This document shows, piece after piece, positions 10,668-24,109 of a stretch of DNA of 64,000 bases; within the stretch, counting starts at the first letter, position 1, and each line of letters opens with the position of its first letter. Below the pieces are notes generated by a model, which saw only the letters and a program-made list of their open reading frames with translations, was not told the origin of the DNA and searched no databases. The stretch is from Eledone cirrhosa (taxonomy: Eukaryota): the NCBI GenBank assembly GCA_964016885.1, contig OZ024742.1:247442001-247506000 (forward strand), given 5' to 3'. A program made the position numbers and the translations under genes.

Positions 10668-13600
10668 TGTTGTAGTGGTAGTAGATGGTGTGTCGTTGTT
10701 GTATGTGATGTAGTTGTAGTGGTAGTAGATGGTGTGTCGTTGTTGTATGTGATGTAGTTGTAGTGGTAGTAGATGGTGTGTCGTTGTTGTATGTGATGTA
10801 GTTGTAGTGGTAGTAGTTGGTGTGTCGTTGTTGTATGTGATGTAGTTGTAGTGGTAGTAGATGGTGTGTCGTTGTTGTATGTGATGTAGTTGTAGTGGTA
10901 GTAGATGGTGTGTCGTTGTTGTATGTGATGTAGTTGTAGTGGTAGTAGATGGTGTGTCGTTGTTGTATGTGATGTAGTTGTAGTGGTAGTAGATGGTGTG
11001 TCGTTGTTGTATGTGATGTAGTTGTAGTGGTAGTAGATGGTGTGTCGTTGTTGTATGTGATGTAGTTGTAGTGGTAGTAGTTGGTGTGTCGTTGTTGTAT
11101 GTGATGTAGTTGTAGTGGTAGTAGATGGCGTTGTCGTTGTTGTATGTGATGTAGTTGTAGTGGTAGTAGTTGGAGTGTCGTTGTTGTATGTGATGTAGTT
11201 GTAGTGGTAGTAGATGGCGTTGTCGTTGTTGTATGTGTTGTAGTTGTAGTGGTAGTAGTTGGAGTGTCGTTGTTGTATGTGATGTAGTTGTAGTGGTAGT
11301 AGATGGCGTTGTCGTTGTTGTATGTGTTGTAGTTGTAGTGGTAGTAGTTGGAGTGTCGTTGTTGTATGTGATGTAGTTGTAGTGGTAGTAGATGGCGTTG
11401 TCGTTGTTGTATGTGTTGTAGTTGTAGTGGTAGTAGTTGGCGTGTCGTTGTTGTATGTGATGTAGTTGTAGTGGTAGTAGTTGGCGTGTCGTTGTTGTAT
11501 GTGTTGTAGTTGTAGTGGTAGTAGATGGCGTTGTCGTTGTTGTATGTGTTGTAGTTGTAGTGGTAGTAGTTGGCGTGTCGTTGTTGTATGTGATGTAGTT
11601 GTAGTGGTAGTAGTTGGCGTGTCGTTGTTGTATGTGATGTAGTTGTAGTGGTAGTAGATGGCGTTGTCGTTGTTGTATGTGATGTAGTTGTACTGGTAGT
11701 AGATGGCGTTGTCGTTGTTGTATGTGATGTAGTTGTAGTGGTAGTAGATGGTGTTGTCGTTGTTGTATGTGATGTAGTTGTAGTGGTAGTAGTTGGCGTT
11801 GACGTTGTTGTATGTGATGTAGTTGTAGTGGTAGTAGTTGGCGTGTTGTTGTTGTATGTGATGTAGTTGTAGTGGTAGTAGTTGGCGTGTCGTTGTTGTA
11901 TGTGATGTAGTTGTAGTGGTAGTAGTTGGCGTTGTCGTTGTTGTATGTGTTGTAGTTGTAGTGGTAGTAGTTGGCGTTGTCGTTGTTGTATGTGTTGTAG
12001 TTGTAGTGGTAGTAGATGGTGTGTCGTTGTTGTATGTAATGTAGTTGTAGTGGTGGTAGATGGCGTTGTCGTTGTTGTATGTGATGTAGTTGTAGTGGTA
12101 GTAGTTGGCGTTGTCGTTGTTGTATGTGATGTAGTTGTAGTGGTAGTAGTTGGCGTGTCGTTGTTGTATGTGATGTAGTTGTAGTGGTAGTAGTTGGCGT
12201 GTCGTTGTTGTATGTGATGTAGTTGTAGTGGTAGTAGATGGCGTTGTCGTTGTTGTATGTGATGTAGTTGTAGTGGTAGTAGATGGCGTTGTCGTTGTTG
12301 TATGTGATGTAGTTGTAGTGGTAGTAGTTGGCGTGTCGTTGTTGTATGTGATGTAGTTGTAGTGGTAGTAGTTGGCGTGTCGTTGTTGTATGTGATGTAG
12401 TTGTAGTGGTAGTAGATGGGGTGTCGTTGTTGTATGTGATGTAGTTGCAGTGGTAGTAGATGGGGTGTCGTTGTTGTATGTGATGCAGTTGTAGTGGTAG
12501 TAGATGGCGTTGTCGTTGTTGTATGTGATGTAGTTGTAGTGGTAGTAGTTGGCGTTGTAGTTGTTGTATGTGATGTAGTTGTAGTGGTAGTAGATGGCGT
12601 TGTCGTTGTTGTATGTGATGTAGTTGTAGTGGTAGTAGTTGGCGTTGTAGTTGTTGTATGTGATGAAGTTGTAGTGGTAGTAGTTGGCGTTGTCGTTGTT
12701 GTATGTGATGTAGTTGTAGTGGTAGTAGTTGGCGTGTCGTTGTTGTATGTGATGTAGTTGTAGTGGTAGTAGTTGGCGTGTCGTTGTTGTATGTGATGTA
12801 GTTGTAGTGGTAGTAGTTGGCGTGTCGTTGTTGTATGTGATGTAGTTGTAGTGGTAGTAGTTGGCGTTGTCGTTGTTGTATGTGATGTAGTTGTAGTGGT
12901 AGTAGATGGCGTTGTCGTTGTTGTATGTGATGTAGTTGTAGTGGTAGTAGATGGCGTGTCGTTGTTGTATGTGATGTAGTTGTAGTGGTAGTAGATGGCG
13001 TTGTCGTTGTTGTATGTGATGTAGTTGTAGTGGTAGTAGTTGGCGTGTCGTTGTTGTATGTGATGTAGTTGTAGTGGTAGTAGTTGGCGTTGTCGTTGTT
13101 GTATGTGATGTAGTTGTAGTGGTAGTAGTTGGCGTGTCGTTGTTGTATGTGATGTAGTTGTAGTGGTAGTAGATGGCGCTGGTGTTATTGTATGTGATGT
13201 AGTTGTAGTGGTAGTAGTTGGCGTTGTCGTTGTTGTATGTGATGTAGTTGTAGTGGTAGTAGTTGGCGTTGTCGTTGTTGTATGTGTTTTAGTTGTAGTG
13301 GTAGTAGTTGGCGTTGTCGTTATTGTATGTGTTGTAGTTGTAGTGGTAGTAGATGACGTTGATGTGATTGTATATGTTGTAGTTGCAGTCGTAGTAGATG
13401 GCGCTTGTGTTATTGTATGTGATGTAGTTGTAGTGGTAGTAGTTGGCGTTGTCCTTGTTGTATGTGATGTAGTTGTAGTGGTAGTAGATGGCGCTTGTGT
13501 TATTGTATGTGTTGTAGTTGTAGTGGTAGTAGATGGCGCTTGTGTTATTGTATGTGTTGTAGTTGTAGTGGTAGTAGATGGCGCTTGTGTTATTTTATGT

Positions 13601-14960
13601 GTTGTAGTTGTAGTGGTAGTAGATGGCGCTTGTGTTATTGTATGTGTTGTAGTTGTTGTGGTAGTAGATGGCGATGGTGTGGTCATATGTGTTGTAGTTT
13701 TAGTGGTAGTAGATGGCGCTTGTGTTAGTATGTGTTGTAGTTGTAGTGGTAGTAGATGGCGCTGCTTTAGTTGTATGTGTTGTAGTGGTAGTAGATGGCG
13801 CTGGTATTATTGTATATGTTGTAGTTTTAGTGGTAGTAGATGGCGCCGGTGTTATTGTATGTGTTGTAGCTGTAGTGGTAGTAGATAAGATTGTCGTTGT
13901 TGTATGTGTTGTTGTAGTTGTAGTGGTAGTAGATGGCGTTGGTGTGGTTGTATGTGTTGTAGTAGTTGTAGTGGTATTAGATGCCGTTCGTGTTATTGTA
14001 TGTGTTATAGTTGTAATGGTAGTAGATGGCTCTGGTGTTAATGTATTTGTTGTAGTTGTAGTGGTAGTATATGGCGCTGGGATTATTATATATGTTGTAG
14101 TTGTAGTGGTAGTAGATGGCGCTGGTGTTATTCTATGTGTTGTAGCTGCAGTGGTAGTAGATAATGCTGGTGTTATTGTATGTGTTGTAGTTGTAGTGGT
14201 AGTAGATAGCGCCGGTGTGGTTGTATGTGCTGTAGTTATAATGGTAGTAGGTGGCACTGGGATTATAACATGTGCTGTTGCTGTAGTTTGTCGTTGTTGT
14301 ATGTGTTGCTGCTGTAGTGGTAGTAGATGGCGCTGGTGTTATTGTATGTGTAGTTGCTGCAGTAGTAGTAGATGGCGCTGATGTTATTGTATGTGTTGTT
14401 GCTGTAGTAGTAGTAGATAGCGCTGGTGTGGTTGTAGATAGCACTTGTGTTCTCATATATGATGTGTTGTTGGTAGTAGATGGCGCTGCTGCTGTTGGTG
14501 TAGATGGCGCTGGTCTTGTTGTATGCGTTGTTGTTGTAATAATTGCAGATGGCGCTGGTTTGTTGTATGCACTTTTGTAGATGGCACTGGTGTTGTATGT
14601 GCTTTTTGTGGTAGAAGGCGCTGGTTTTGTTGTATGCGCTCTTGTAATAGTTGTAGATGTCGCTGATGATCTTGTGGGGTTGTTGTTGTTGTTGTAGTAG
14701 AAGAGCTGGTGTTGTAGTAGATAAACTGGTGTTGTGTCAGTTGTTGCTAATGTTGTAGTAGACGGTGCTCGTGTTGTATTGCATGTTGTTGTTGTTGGTG
14801 TTGATATTGTTACTGTTACGGCTGTTATTGTTGTTGTGGTTGCAGATGTTGTAGCAGTGTTGATGTTAACGGTGGGAGTCATGCTGTATTTGCTGTTGTT
14901 GCTGATCGTGATTTGTAGCAGATGGTGGTGTTGGTGATGGCGGCAGTGTGTTTGTTGCTT
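10668..14960 (-). repeat. 44/45-bp minisatellite with mucin-like (Thr-rich) coding potential
   Basis: Plus-strand unit GTTGTAGTGGTAGTAGATGGCGTTGTCGTTGTTGTATGTGATGTA (45 bp, minus frame TTTTTTSHTTTTTPS) is interspersed with a 44-bp variant. Homogeneous at 10668-13160 and progressively degenerate to ~14960. Confidence 0.92.
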
Positions 14961-14970
14961 TTATTATTGT

Positions 14971-15848
14971 TATGGTTAGGGCGTTGTATTGGTTGTATCC
15001 GTAGAGCGTTGGACACCATGCTTTACGACATAGAATTACGGCCCTTTGGTTATGGTTAGGGCGTTGTATTGGCTGTATCCGTAGAGCGTTGGACACCATG
15101 CTTTACGACATAGAATTACGGCCCTTTGGTTATGGTTAGGGCGTTGTATTGGCTGTATCCGTAGAGCGTTGGACACCATGCTTTACGACATAGAATTACG
15201 GCCCTTTGGTTATGGTTAGGGCGTTGTATTGGCTGTATCCGTAGAGCGTTGGACACCATGCTTTACGACATAGAATTACGGCTCTTTGGTTATGGTTAGG
15301 GCGTTGTATTGGCTGTATCCGTAGAGCGTTGGACACCATGCTTTACGACATAGAATTACGGCCCTTTGTTTATGGTTAGGGCGTTGTATTGGCTGTATCC
15401 GTAGAGCGTTGGACACCATGCTTTACGACATAGAATTACGGCCCTTTGGTTATGGTTAGGGCGTTGTATTGGCTGTATCCGTAGAGCGTTGGACACCATG
15501 CTTTACGACATAGAATTACGGCCCTTTGGTTATGGTTAGGGCGTTGTATTGGCTGTATCCGTAGAGCGTTGGACACCATGCTTTACGACATAGAATTACG
15601 GCCCTTTGGTTATGGTTAGGGCGTTGTATTGGCTGTATCCGTAGAGCGTTGGACACCATGCTTTACGACATAGAATTACGGCCCTTTGGTTATGGTTAGG
15701 GCGTTGTATTGGCTGTATCCGTAGAGCGTTGGACACCATGCTTTACGACATAGAATTACGGCCCTTTGGTTATGGTTAGGGCGTTGTATTGGCTGTATCC
15801 GTAGAGCGTTGGACACCATGCTTTACGACATAGAATTACGGCCCTTTG
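14971..15848 (+). repeat. 11 near-identical 80-bp tandem copies of the S1 SINE 5' head
   Basis: Unit TATGGTTAGGGCGTTGTATTGGCTGTATCCGTAGAGCGTTGGACACCATGCTTTACGACATAGAATTACGGCCCTTTGGT starts at 14971, 15051 ... 15771. The last copy continues into the SINE body (GAGTTCAAATC...) to ~16010. Confidence 0.95.
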
Positions 15849-16139
15849 CGTTCTGAGTTCAAATCGCGCCGAAGTTAACTTTACCTTTCATCCTTACGGG
15901 GTTGATAAAATAAAGCACCAGTAACGAACTGGGGTCGATTTAATCGACCCCCCCCCCCTCCCTCCTCCCCCAATTACTGGCCCTGTGCCTAATGTAGAAA
16001 TCATAATTATTATGGTTAGGGCGGAGGATTATCATAATTATTATGGTTACAGGATCGATAAAATAAAGTACCAGTACCGATTTAATCGACGTTTCCCCTC
16101 CCCTTTAAATTACTAGCCTTGTGCCTATATAGAAACAGT

Positions 16140-16490
16140 TATTATTGTTATAGTTTTTAGTATTTGTTGTTGCTGGTGTTCATATTGAAGTTGTATGCAT
16201 TGTTGTGTATGGTGGTGTTGTTGTTGTCGGTATTGATGATATTCTTGTGGTTATTGGTGTAGGAATTGTTGTTACTGTAGTTGTTATTGCTGTAATTGAT
16301 GGTTGTCTTATTTTAGTTGTTGTTACTGTTGTTCATGGTTGTGTTACTGTAGTTGTTGTTGCTGTTGATGATTGTGTTACAGTAATTGTTGTTGCTGCAC
16401 TTGTTGTTTACGTAGACATTGTGGCGCCATTTTATACCTATAAATGGCTGCTTATCGTTTCTGTTGCAGTTGTAGTTGAAGTTTTCTTTC
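16140..16490 (-). repeat. degenerate ACN-trinucleotide, Thr-rich tract continuing the minisatellite region beyond the SINEs
   Basis: Minus frame TTSAATTITVTQSSTATTTTVTQP*TTVTTT... contains in-frame stops. Confidence 0.55.
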
Positions 16491-17936
16491 GATTGCTCTC
16501 GAGGAAGAAGTGTCATCAATATCGTCTCCATTAATATTCGGCTTAAGCTAGTCCAGTTTGAAGACTCATGTAAATATATGTAGAGAGTGGAGCTTCAATA
16601 GAGCATTCATTCTGTGGTGAAAGAACTGAGCGGAGCCGTTAATGTAGATCTTCGGGGCTAGACATAACAAAGATAATGATAAAATGTGAGACGTGTGAGT
16701 CGGTAGTGTTTTAGCGAAGGTGGCATGTTATTAGTAAGCCCTGACAAGCAAATACCAAATTAGTATTGGTAGCAGCAATATTGGAAGTGGGCAGCATACC
16801 TATGTCAAAGATGCTTGAGCGTGTATGTATGCAGGGCTAATGGGAGGGGCGGTCCACATCCGGTACTTTGTTCCGGGGCACAAGAGCAAAGAAGGCACAA
16901 GAGCAATCATGCAACATATATTTTGAGAAAAATATTTGCCTGATTAGCGTCCTAAACGGTCTTGTACCGCCTTGAAAAAATTCTTTTGGAGGCTCACTAT
17001 GTCTGTCTATCTGTTTGTATGTATGTATGGAGATCATATGACTACTCCTCAGTAAACAGTGACCCCTTGCCAACAACAACAAAAAGAAAGGTTATGTTCG
17101 AAATGCTAAACCTTTTTCTACTATGTTAAAAACTAGATTTATAATCCGCAGTTGCAGTCTTATATAGTATGATGATTTGTACCATGTTTTAATAGTTGTT
17201 TTAGGTGTTCATGCAGTTGTATGCACACATACACACTCTCTCGGCCGCCAAAATATCCTGGATTAGGACGCTTTAAGGAAAGAATACTGTACCAGTATCG
17301 AGCCGGCAGTTTCTTTGTCGTCCCACAAATACATAAAAAAGAAAGTGAACTTCGGCGTATTTTGAACTCAGAGCAAGTAGACTAGGATGAAATATCCAAA
17401 CACCCTAATGACTCTGCCAAATCGTATAAATATATGATGTGATGGTCATAGCAGTGTGATTTTACTTGTAGATTAGTTGCTCTGTCACATCTGATCTAGA
17501 GCTAAACAACAACGACAACCACAAGAACGTATAAAAACTTGAAAATAATCATAACATTCATTTTCATTAAAAATTATTTTCTTCCATCAATTGTCACTCA
17601 TGTTTTTCCGTTTTTAACGAATGCACTGCTAATGTTGAACAGATTCCAAAAATTACCGTTAACAGAGAAGAAAATGCCAAATCATTAGGCTTCCATAAGA
17701 ATCCCCGTGGTAGAAATAATCTAAAATGAATGATGCCAAAAGTGTAGTTAATTATTCCTCTTCAGATCGGTGTCATCGTAGTCGCCATGTTTTATAACAA
17801 GATGGTGGCAAAGTTGAATATTTTCGCTGTTTTTGTTTCAGTCATCTCCCATTGTTATTTCACACGATTTACACAAATTTCTAGTATTTTCTTTGCTAAA
17901 ATATCATAAAAGTAAGCACGATCTAACAGTGTATAA

Positions 17937-18038
<102 letters not shown>

Positions 18039-19681
18039 AGAGAAAGAGATATAAATAACATATACTAAAACATTAGTAGATCGTGCTCTGCTTCAAGCGT
18101 CGAAATAGATGTATGCAAATGTTACTTTGGTGTGAATATATATATATATATTTATAATATATATATATATAATTGTAGCTGATAATAGTCTCAAAGGCAT
18201 TACTAGTAACATCTTTGAGACTACAATCAAAGTCTATGATGCTACGGATATAAGGATAGTTGATGGTGTTTATTAATAAATGATTATTAGAACCTCTACA
18301 ATCACTATTGCTAGCACGTTTATTAAAACGTCTACCGTATCAATATTACTCTAACTATTAAGTGTGGGGAAAACATATTGTCGGTACAATTTGGAAATGT
18401 TTAGCATCAAAGCATTATCTAAACAGTAAGATGAGAAAGTAATTATTTTTGGCCAGATAATATAGCCAGCAGGAATCCAGAGGTCAAATTCCCCGACCTG
18501 TCCAGATAGGTATATCTATATGTATTATCTACTGGATTTACTGCCAAAGGCTAAAATGTCGTCAGGTACGGCATTATATCTTGAGGGTAGGAAATGATGA
18601 TGGAGTCAAAATTATGAGAGGGTCTAGCGAATAAAATCCTTTCAGGTAATAAATTAACCAAAGGTTATAAAAAAAAAAAATTTAATTTAAACTACATATT
18701 TAGAATTGTAGGAAAGTCATAATTCACGACGGGCCAGTCAAATATAGATACGGAACTGTTAGGCGAGACAACTAATTAGATGCACTGAGGGCCCTAATCA
18801 GACAGATTGATACCTCAAAGTCAAACATCATTATATGATTATATCGAAATGATAATAAATGGTTAAATTCAAAATCTATCACTCTCTTACAACGTTGTCC
18901 CCTTTACGAATCTAGAATGTGGGCCTATTTCCTTTTGTGTGCATAAGGCATGAGCGTGTGATACACTAAATGTTTTCACAATAAATGAACAAATTTCTCC
19001 GAAAATTGTCTTCCGATGAAGTGCATAAGAAACCGTTCAGTACATGGAAATGAAACAAGCTGCTTAAGACAAATGTAGGGATAATCCAAAAGGAATGTGC
19101 GCAATACGGAGTGTTTTAATATTCATTCCTGATGAAGCGGTGAGCGTAAGTAATTAATTAATCAAAATTATCAATGATAGATTGCTTTTCATTACTAAAA
19201 CGCGTGTAGAAATAAAACAAATACGTGTTAAATATGTAAAACAATTTGGTTTTCCTTAAAATACATATTGATGCTCTGTGATACCGGTTATTTTCCAGTC
19301 TTCCGAAGCTCATCTACATGGCTTAAACTGGGGGTTATTAATCATAACAACACATGAAACATCCAAATCTCATTTAGTCAAAACTAAGTGGATACAAACT
19401 ATTATAGGTCTTTGTACACCCCCCCACCCCACCCCCACAGACACACATATGTATATATATGTATATATGTGTATACAGTTAGTTCACTATAGATAGCAAA
19501 CCGTCTTGAGGATTTTCAACTCGATTGATGGAAGATGGTTTGATAACTGTTATGGAACTAATTGTTGTGGAACGAACTCGTCCTATGGACTGAGTGATCT
19601 ACTTACTTCGGTTATAACAACATCCCACTGTTCTACCACTGCATATATATATATGTGTGTGTGTGTATACAGAGAGAGAGG

Positions 19682-19712
<31 letters not shown>

Positions 19713-19802
19713 GGAGAGAGAGTGAGAGAGAGTGAGGGAGAGTGGGTACAATTGTTTTAAATCAGTAAATATATTCCCTCGGCATAGACATTCCTATTGG
19801 GT

Positions 19803-21063
19803 ACGAAAGTTTTAAACTATTGGCAGTGATTGCTTGAATGAGGTCTGTGAGCGTTTGACGACAATCCAGTGGCCAATTGCTGTCTCTCCAGGAATGAGAC
19901 GAGCTGGGGAATCACATGTCTGGCGAACGGTGACCACAACTATTCAAATCACTGGAGATGTTGCAGCATCAGAACATATCTGCGATCGTCAGCCAGTGCA
20001 CTCCCAGTCCTCAATGCAATGGATGTTGAGGGCAATGGACCGCAGGACTATCGGTAAGCGTCCTTTCCACAGGTGTGTCCTTCATGGAGTCAGCCATATT
20101 TCATGAGTTGTTATTGGTCTTTTGCAGCACTGCGCCTCGGTTGCTGAAAATTGCAGCAAGCCGTCGAGAAAGAAACTACATCCTGCGAACCGGACCGCCA
20201 TTCCTGCTGTGCAGCTGAGTAATGTGCCACTGAAAGATAGAACACAACTGCTCAGAATCGAGTAGTTCGCACCTGACCTAGTCAACCAAAAACTGAATCG
20301 CCTCCGTCGATTGGGCCCGTTAGACAGCGTTCATTCCTTCATATCACAGAGCATACGCGCTAGGTCTGGCAGTCTTCGTGTTTCACGTTGAAGAATGGGC
20401 TGAGGGCCAAAATCGCCGGGTACACGTCGGTCGCAGAAACTTTCCTAAAGATTTTTCCGTGCTTCTTGACTAACTCTTCTTTTAATCTATTTCTTTTCTA
20501 TTGCCAGTCCTTCGTTAAATATTGTAGATTCTACATGATAATCGTTTCTTATTGAAGCAAAATGTCAGAAATTACTTTATGAAGGGAACCTCGATTAAGG
20601 GTACTTTATTTGATCGACTCCGGATTAGACACAAAGTTGGCCTCGTTGTGTTTTGAACACAGTCCGTAGAGAACCAGAATAAATACTGCAAAGCATTTCT
20701 TCCAACTCAACAACCCACTTGTTTCTACTTTTGGCACAAGGCCAGCAATTATCCCAGTGTTTTACTGGTACTTTATTTTATCGACCCCGTAAGGATGAAA
20801 GGCAAATTTAACCTCGGCGAGATTTGAACACAGAATGTCAAGGGCCGTAACTCTTTGCTTCAAAGCATGGTGTCCGACCTTCTACCGACACTGCCAATCC
20901 GCCGCCTGTAAATAATATAACATTAGACTGAAGCAAATACCAAAGTAATGAACCGCATTAAAATATTATAACTTTCATGAGAAAACAACAAAAATAATAA
21001 ATTCATAATATTAGTTTTCTTAGCCGTTCTCTAAAAAAAAAAAATAAAGGCTTCTTTGATTTC
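19803..21063 (-). repeat. right arm of long inverted duplication (partner 7051-7974), with ~360 bp extra at 20106-20465
   Basis: 19803-20105 is the reverse complement of 7679-7974, and 20466-21063 of 7051-7670. S1 SINE at 20718-20907. Confidence 0.92.
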
Positions 21064-21074
21064 GCACGTGTTGG

Positions 21075-21325
21075 AGTTACGATCATAATGTGTTCGATTC
21101 CTGGGTTGCGTGTTGTGTTCTTGAGCAAAACACTTCATTTTACGTTGCTCCAGTATACTCAGCTGGAAATGAGTACCGGCAATAGCTGGAGGTTTAACCC
21201 TGCGATGGACTGGCGTCCTGTCCAGGGCGGGGGGGGGGGGGTCTTGTACTCTCAGTCGCTTCACGCCATGAAACCGGAATAAGCACCGGCCAAATAAGAC
21301 TTCTGGCTTAAAACAGACTTTAGAT
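21075..21325 (+). mobile_element. tRNA-SINE with V-domain-like core
   Basis: GTTCGATTCC B box, CTTGAGCAAAACACTT..CTCCAGT..CTCAGCTG, then AACCCTGCGATGGACTGGCGTCCTGTCCAGGG resembling the V-SINE conserved domain. Confidence 0.6.
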
Positions 21326-21961
21326 TTCAGACTTTTCCTAGTCCCTCACGTATTTGATGCTCCTCCACTCAATACACCCGCCAGTACTATCAACATCAGC
21401 GCATTCAACGACCATAAATTCTCACGCTTTCACGCAAGTATGAACATACATAAACATATGTATTGGTGCTACATCAGAAGGTATCATTTTCACTTCAGCT
21501 ATAAAATACCATCTCTTCACTCTCTATTTAACAGACACCATTCATCCGTACACCCACCCCTGTTTTTTTACACGTTTCTTCCCGTTTCCTATTCTGTTCT
21601 TATTTTTCTGATGACAGATCAACGTCTAAATCACTAAAGGCACTCATATACATACATATATACATGATGATGGCTGCCCCCTCGATATCGAATATGGCCA
21701 TTGCACGATATACCATTATTAATAATTATTAATTAATTCTATCGTGCAATTCCTGTGGGTGAATATATTTTTAAAAGTGAGGAATATATTGCGGAATAAA
21801 TTTTAGTAAGTAAGTTAATTTTTATAATTTTCTTATTTTACGTCTTTCATATAATTGCTCTGCATCCCCTTGCATTGAACCACAAAGTTACTAAGACAAA
21901 ACCTATATATTTGCTAGCATAAGTATGCATCTGTATATATATGTTGGTAGATATACTAATT

Positions 21962-21992
<31 letters not shown>

Positions 21993-22881
21993 CAAAATTA
22001 AGTTAAATTAAGAGTGTCATGTCAGGTAGATATGCGCCATATCATCCGTAAAATATGCTCCAAGATTCCAATGAATAGATCCGAGCATTTTATATCAACT
22101 AGAAATTGATTGACATATACATATATCTAAAATAAACATATGAAACAATCACAGGGGATAATTTGTAAAAGTGTGTAAGCACACATAGCTATTTATGTAA
22201 CTAAATAAAGCTTAACTAGAACTTCAAAAATAGGTACCTTATAAATTGATTAATCTTCAGTAGCCAGATCCTTGTTGAAAATCCAGGATCTGGCTACTGT
22301 CGTTTACCAATCGATTAATTGGTGAAATATATTTCTTTAATGGAATATATACAAGGAAGATTAATCAATTTATAACGTATCTATTTTTTGAAGTTCTAGT
22401 TAAGCTTTATTTAGTTACATACATAGCTATGTGTGCTTACACACTTTTACAAATTATCCCCTGTGATTGTTTCATATGTTTATTTTAGATATATTTATAT
22501 GTCAATCAATTTCTAGTTGATATAAAATGCTCGGATCTATTCATTGGAATCTTGGAGCATATTTTACGGGAGATATCGCGCATGTCTATCTGACATGACA
22601 CCCTTAATTTAACTTAATTTTGGAATATATAAATACGGCCCCTTAATTGTAGAGCTAACTCAGGACTTGAATGCTATTTCTAGTTGTCGATAACCCTATT
22701 CATACCGCTGGGACGAAGCTGGTACGATGTGTGTACTTTTAATAAATACAGCACGTGTTACTGACCAGTCGGTGATTTGAATTTGATGCGTAAACACAGA
22801 TGGTTAGTCCTCTTCCTTGTTGAAAATCCAGGATCTGGCTACTGTCGTTTACCAATCGTTTAATTGGTGAAATATATTTCT

Positions 22882-22882
<1 letters not shown>
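21993..22882. mobile_element. fold-back element: ~265-bp inverted arms plus a ~65-bp direct repeat, between TA microsatellites
   Basis: 21993-22257 is the reverse complement of 22356-22621. 22269-22336 is repeated directly at 22815-22881. Confidence 0.75.
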
Positions 22883-22923
<41 letters not shown>

Positions 22924-23428
22924 GTGGGGGAACGATTATTAGGAAGAAAGATATATTTTTTCCTTTATTTTTTTCTCTTTTTTCTGGGTTAGTAAATGTT
23001 TAAAACAAAGTATTTTACTTTGGGTGAAGTGTTAAGGTATTAGCTAATTTATCTATTAATTAACAATAGCATTGATTCATTTATTTATTAATTTATTTAT
23101 ATAATAATTATCAATTACCGGTTTCAGCATTTTATGCATTATCAAATTATGCGAGTGGGAGAAAAAAAAAGGGGGGGGGGGTAATTTGTATTGGTATGAA
23201 ATGTAGGGGAGAAGATAAGGTGATGTTGAGCATGTTATTGAAATGGGAAAGAAAGAATAATATTATTTACAAACAAGGACCTTGAAGGAAAAAATAGGGG
23301 ATGATGTGGAACATGATAAGATAATGGGAAAGAAAGAATAATATTATTTACAGGCATGGTTATTGAGAATAAGCAGTTCAAAAAGTGTTATTATGGCAGG
23401 AGCCTTAGAGAAGTTGATCCATGATGGA

Positions 23429-24047
23429 TATATAAAGTTGTAGTTCCTGTCTGTTTGTTTGTTTGTTTGTTTGTTCACGAACTCCTCCTATAGTTTTTTT
23501 TAGATAGAACCCCATAACCATATATGTTCTGAAACTACATTGCCCAGAGTACTTGTATAAGTATATTTCATTTTAATCAAAGGGTTCCTCGGGGGCACAG
23601 ACCCCGCTGAAACCTTTTACCCTTCGAATTATATGAAATCTAAACCATAGATAAATGACAAGCGATGATGCCTATTCACAAAATTTCGGCAAATTTCAAT
23701 AATAATAAGACACGTTAATGGGGGTTAAACCCCCTATACTGAACATTTTGGAAGCCCATAACTTCAGTATTGGAACCTCTATTATCACGGGGTTTTTCTA
23801 TTAATTAAACGTAAATCAACAAAAAAGCACCTTTCTTTTATAGTAAAATTTGACTAATTTAGACATTTAATCTATGGCAAAACATCACTAGAATTATGAC
23901 AACAAAAATTATTAGTTAATGCCTCTACTTTTTTAACATTTTCTCTTTATTTTTTCTCCATAAATAGTATCACTGACTTCAAATCAATCATCATTTTCTT
24001 ACCAAATAAATGTGTGAAACGCAACTATGCTCCGGTATTTCGGCTAG
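23429..24047 (+). mobile_element. non-autonomous Helitron
   Basis: 5' TATATAAAG..GTCTGTTTGTTTGTTTG tract; 3' end CCGGTATTTCGGCTAG|T. The 5' TC is not clean. Confidence 0.6.
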
Positions 24048-24109
24048 TATATATATATAACCACTATACTATAATGAGTGGGGACTCGACGGCCGAGCTC
24101 TTGTATAGC

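Noticed and set aside
14971-15848. CRISPR-like regular array
   Set aside because: Units are identical end to end with no variable spacers, derive from a SINE head, and there are no cas genes in this eukaryotic context.
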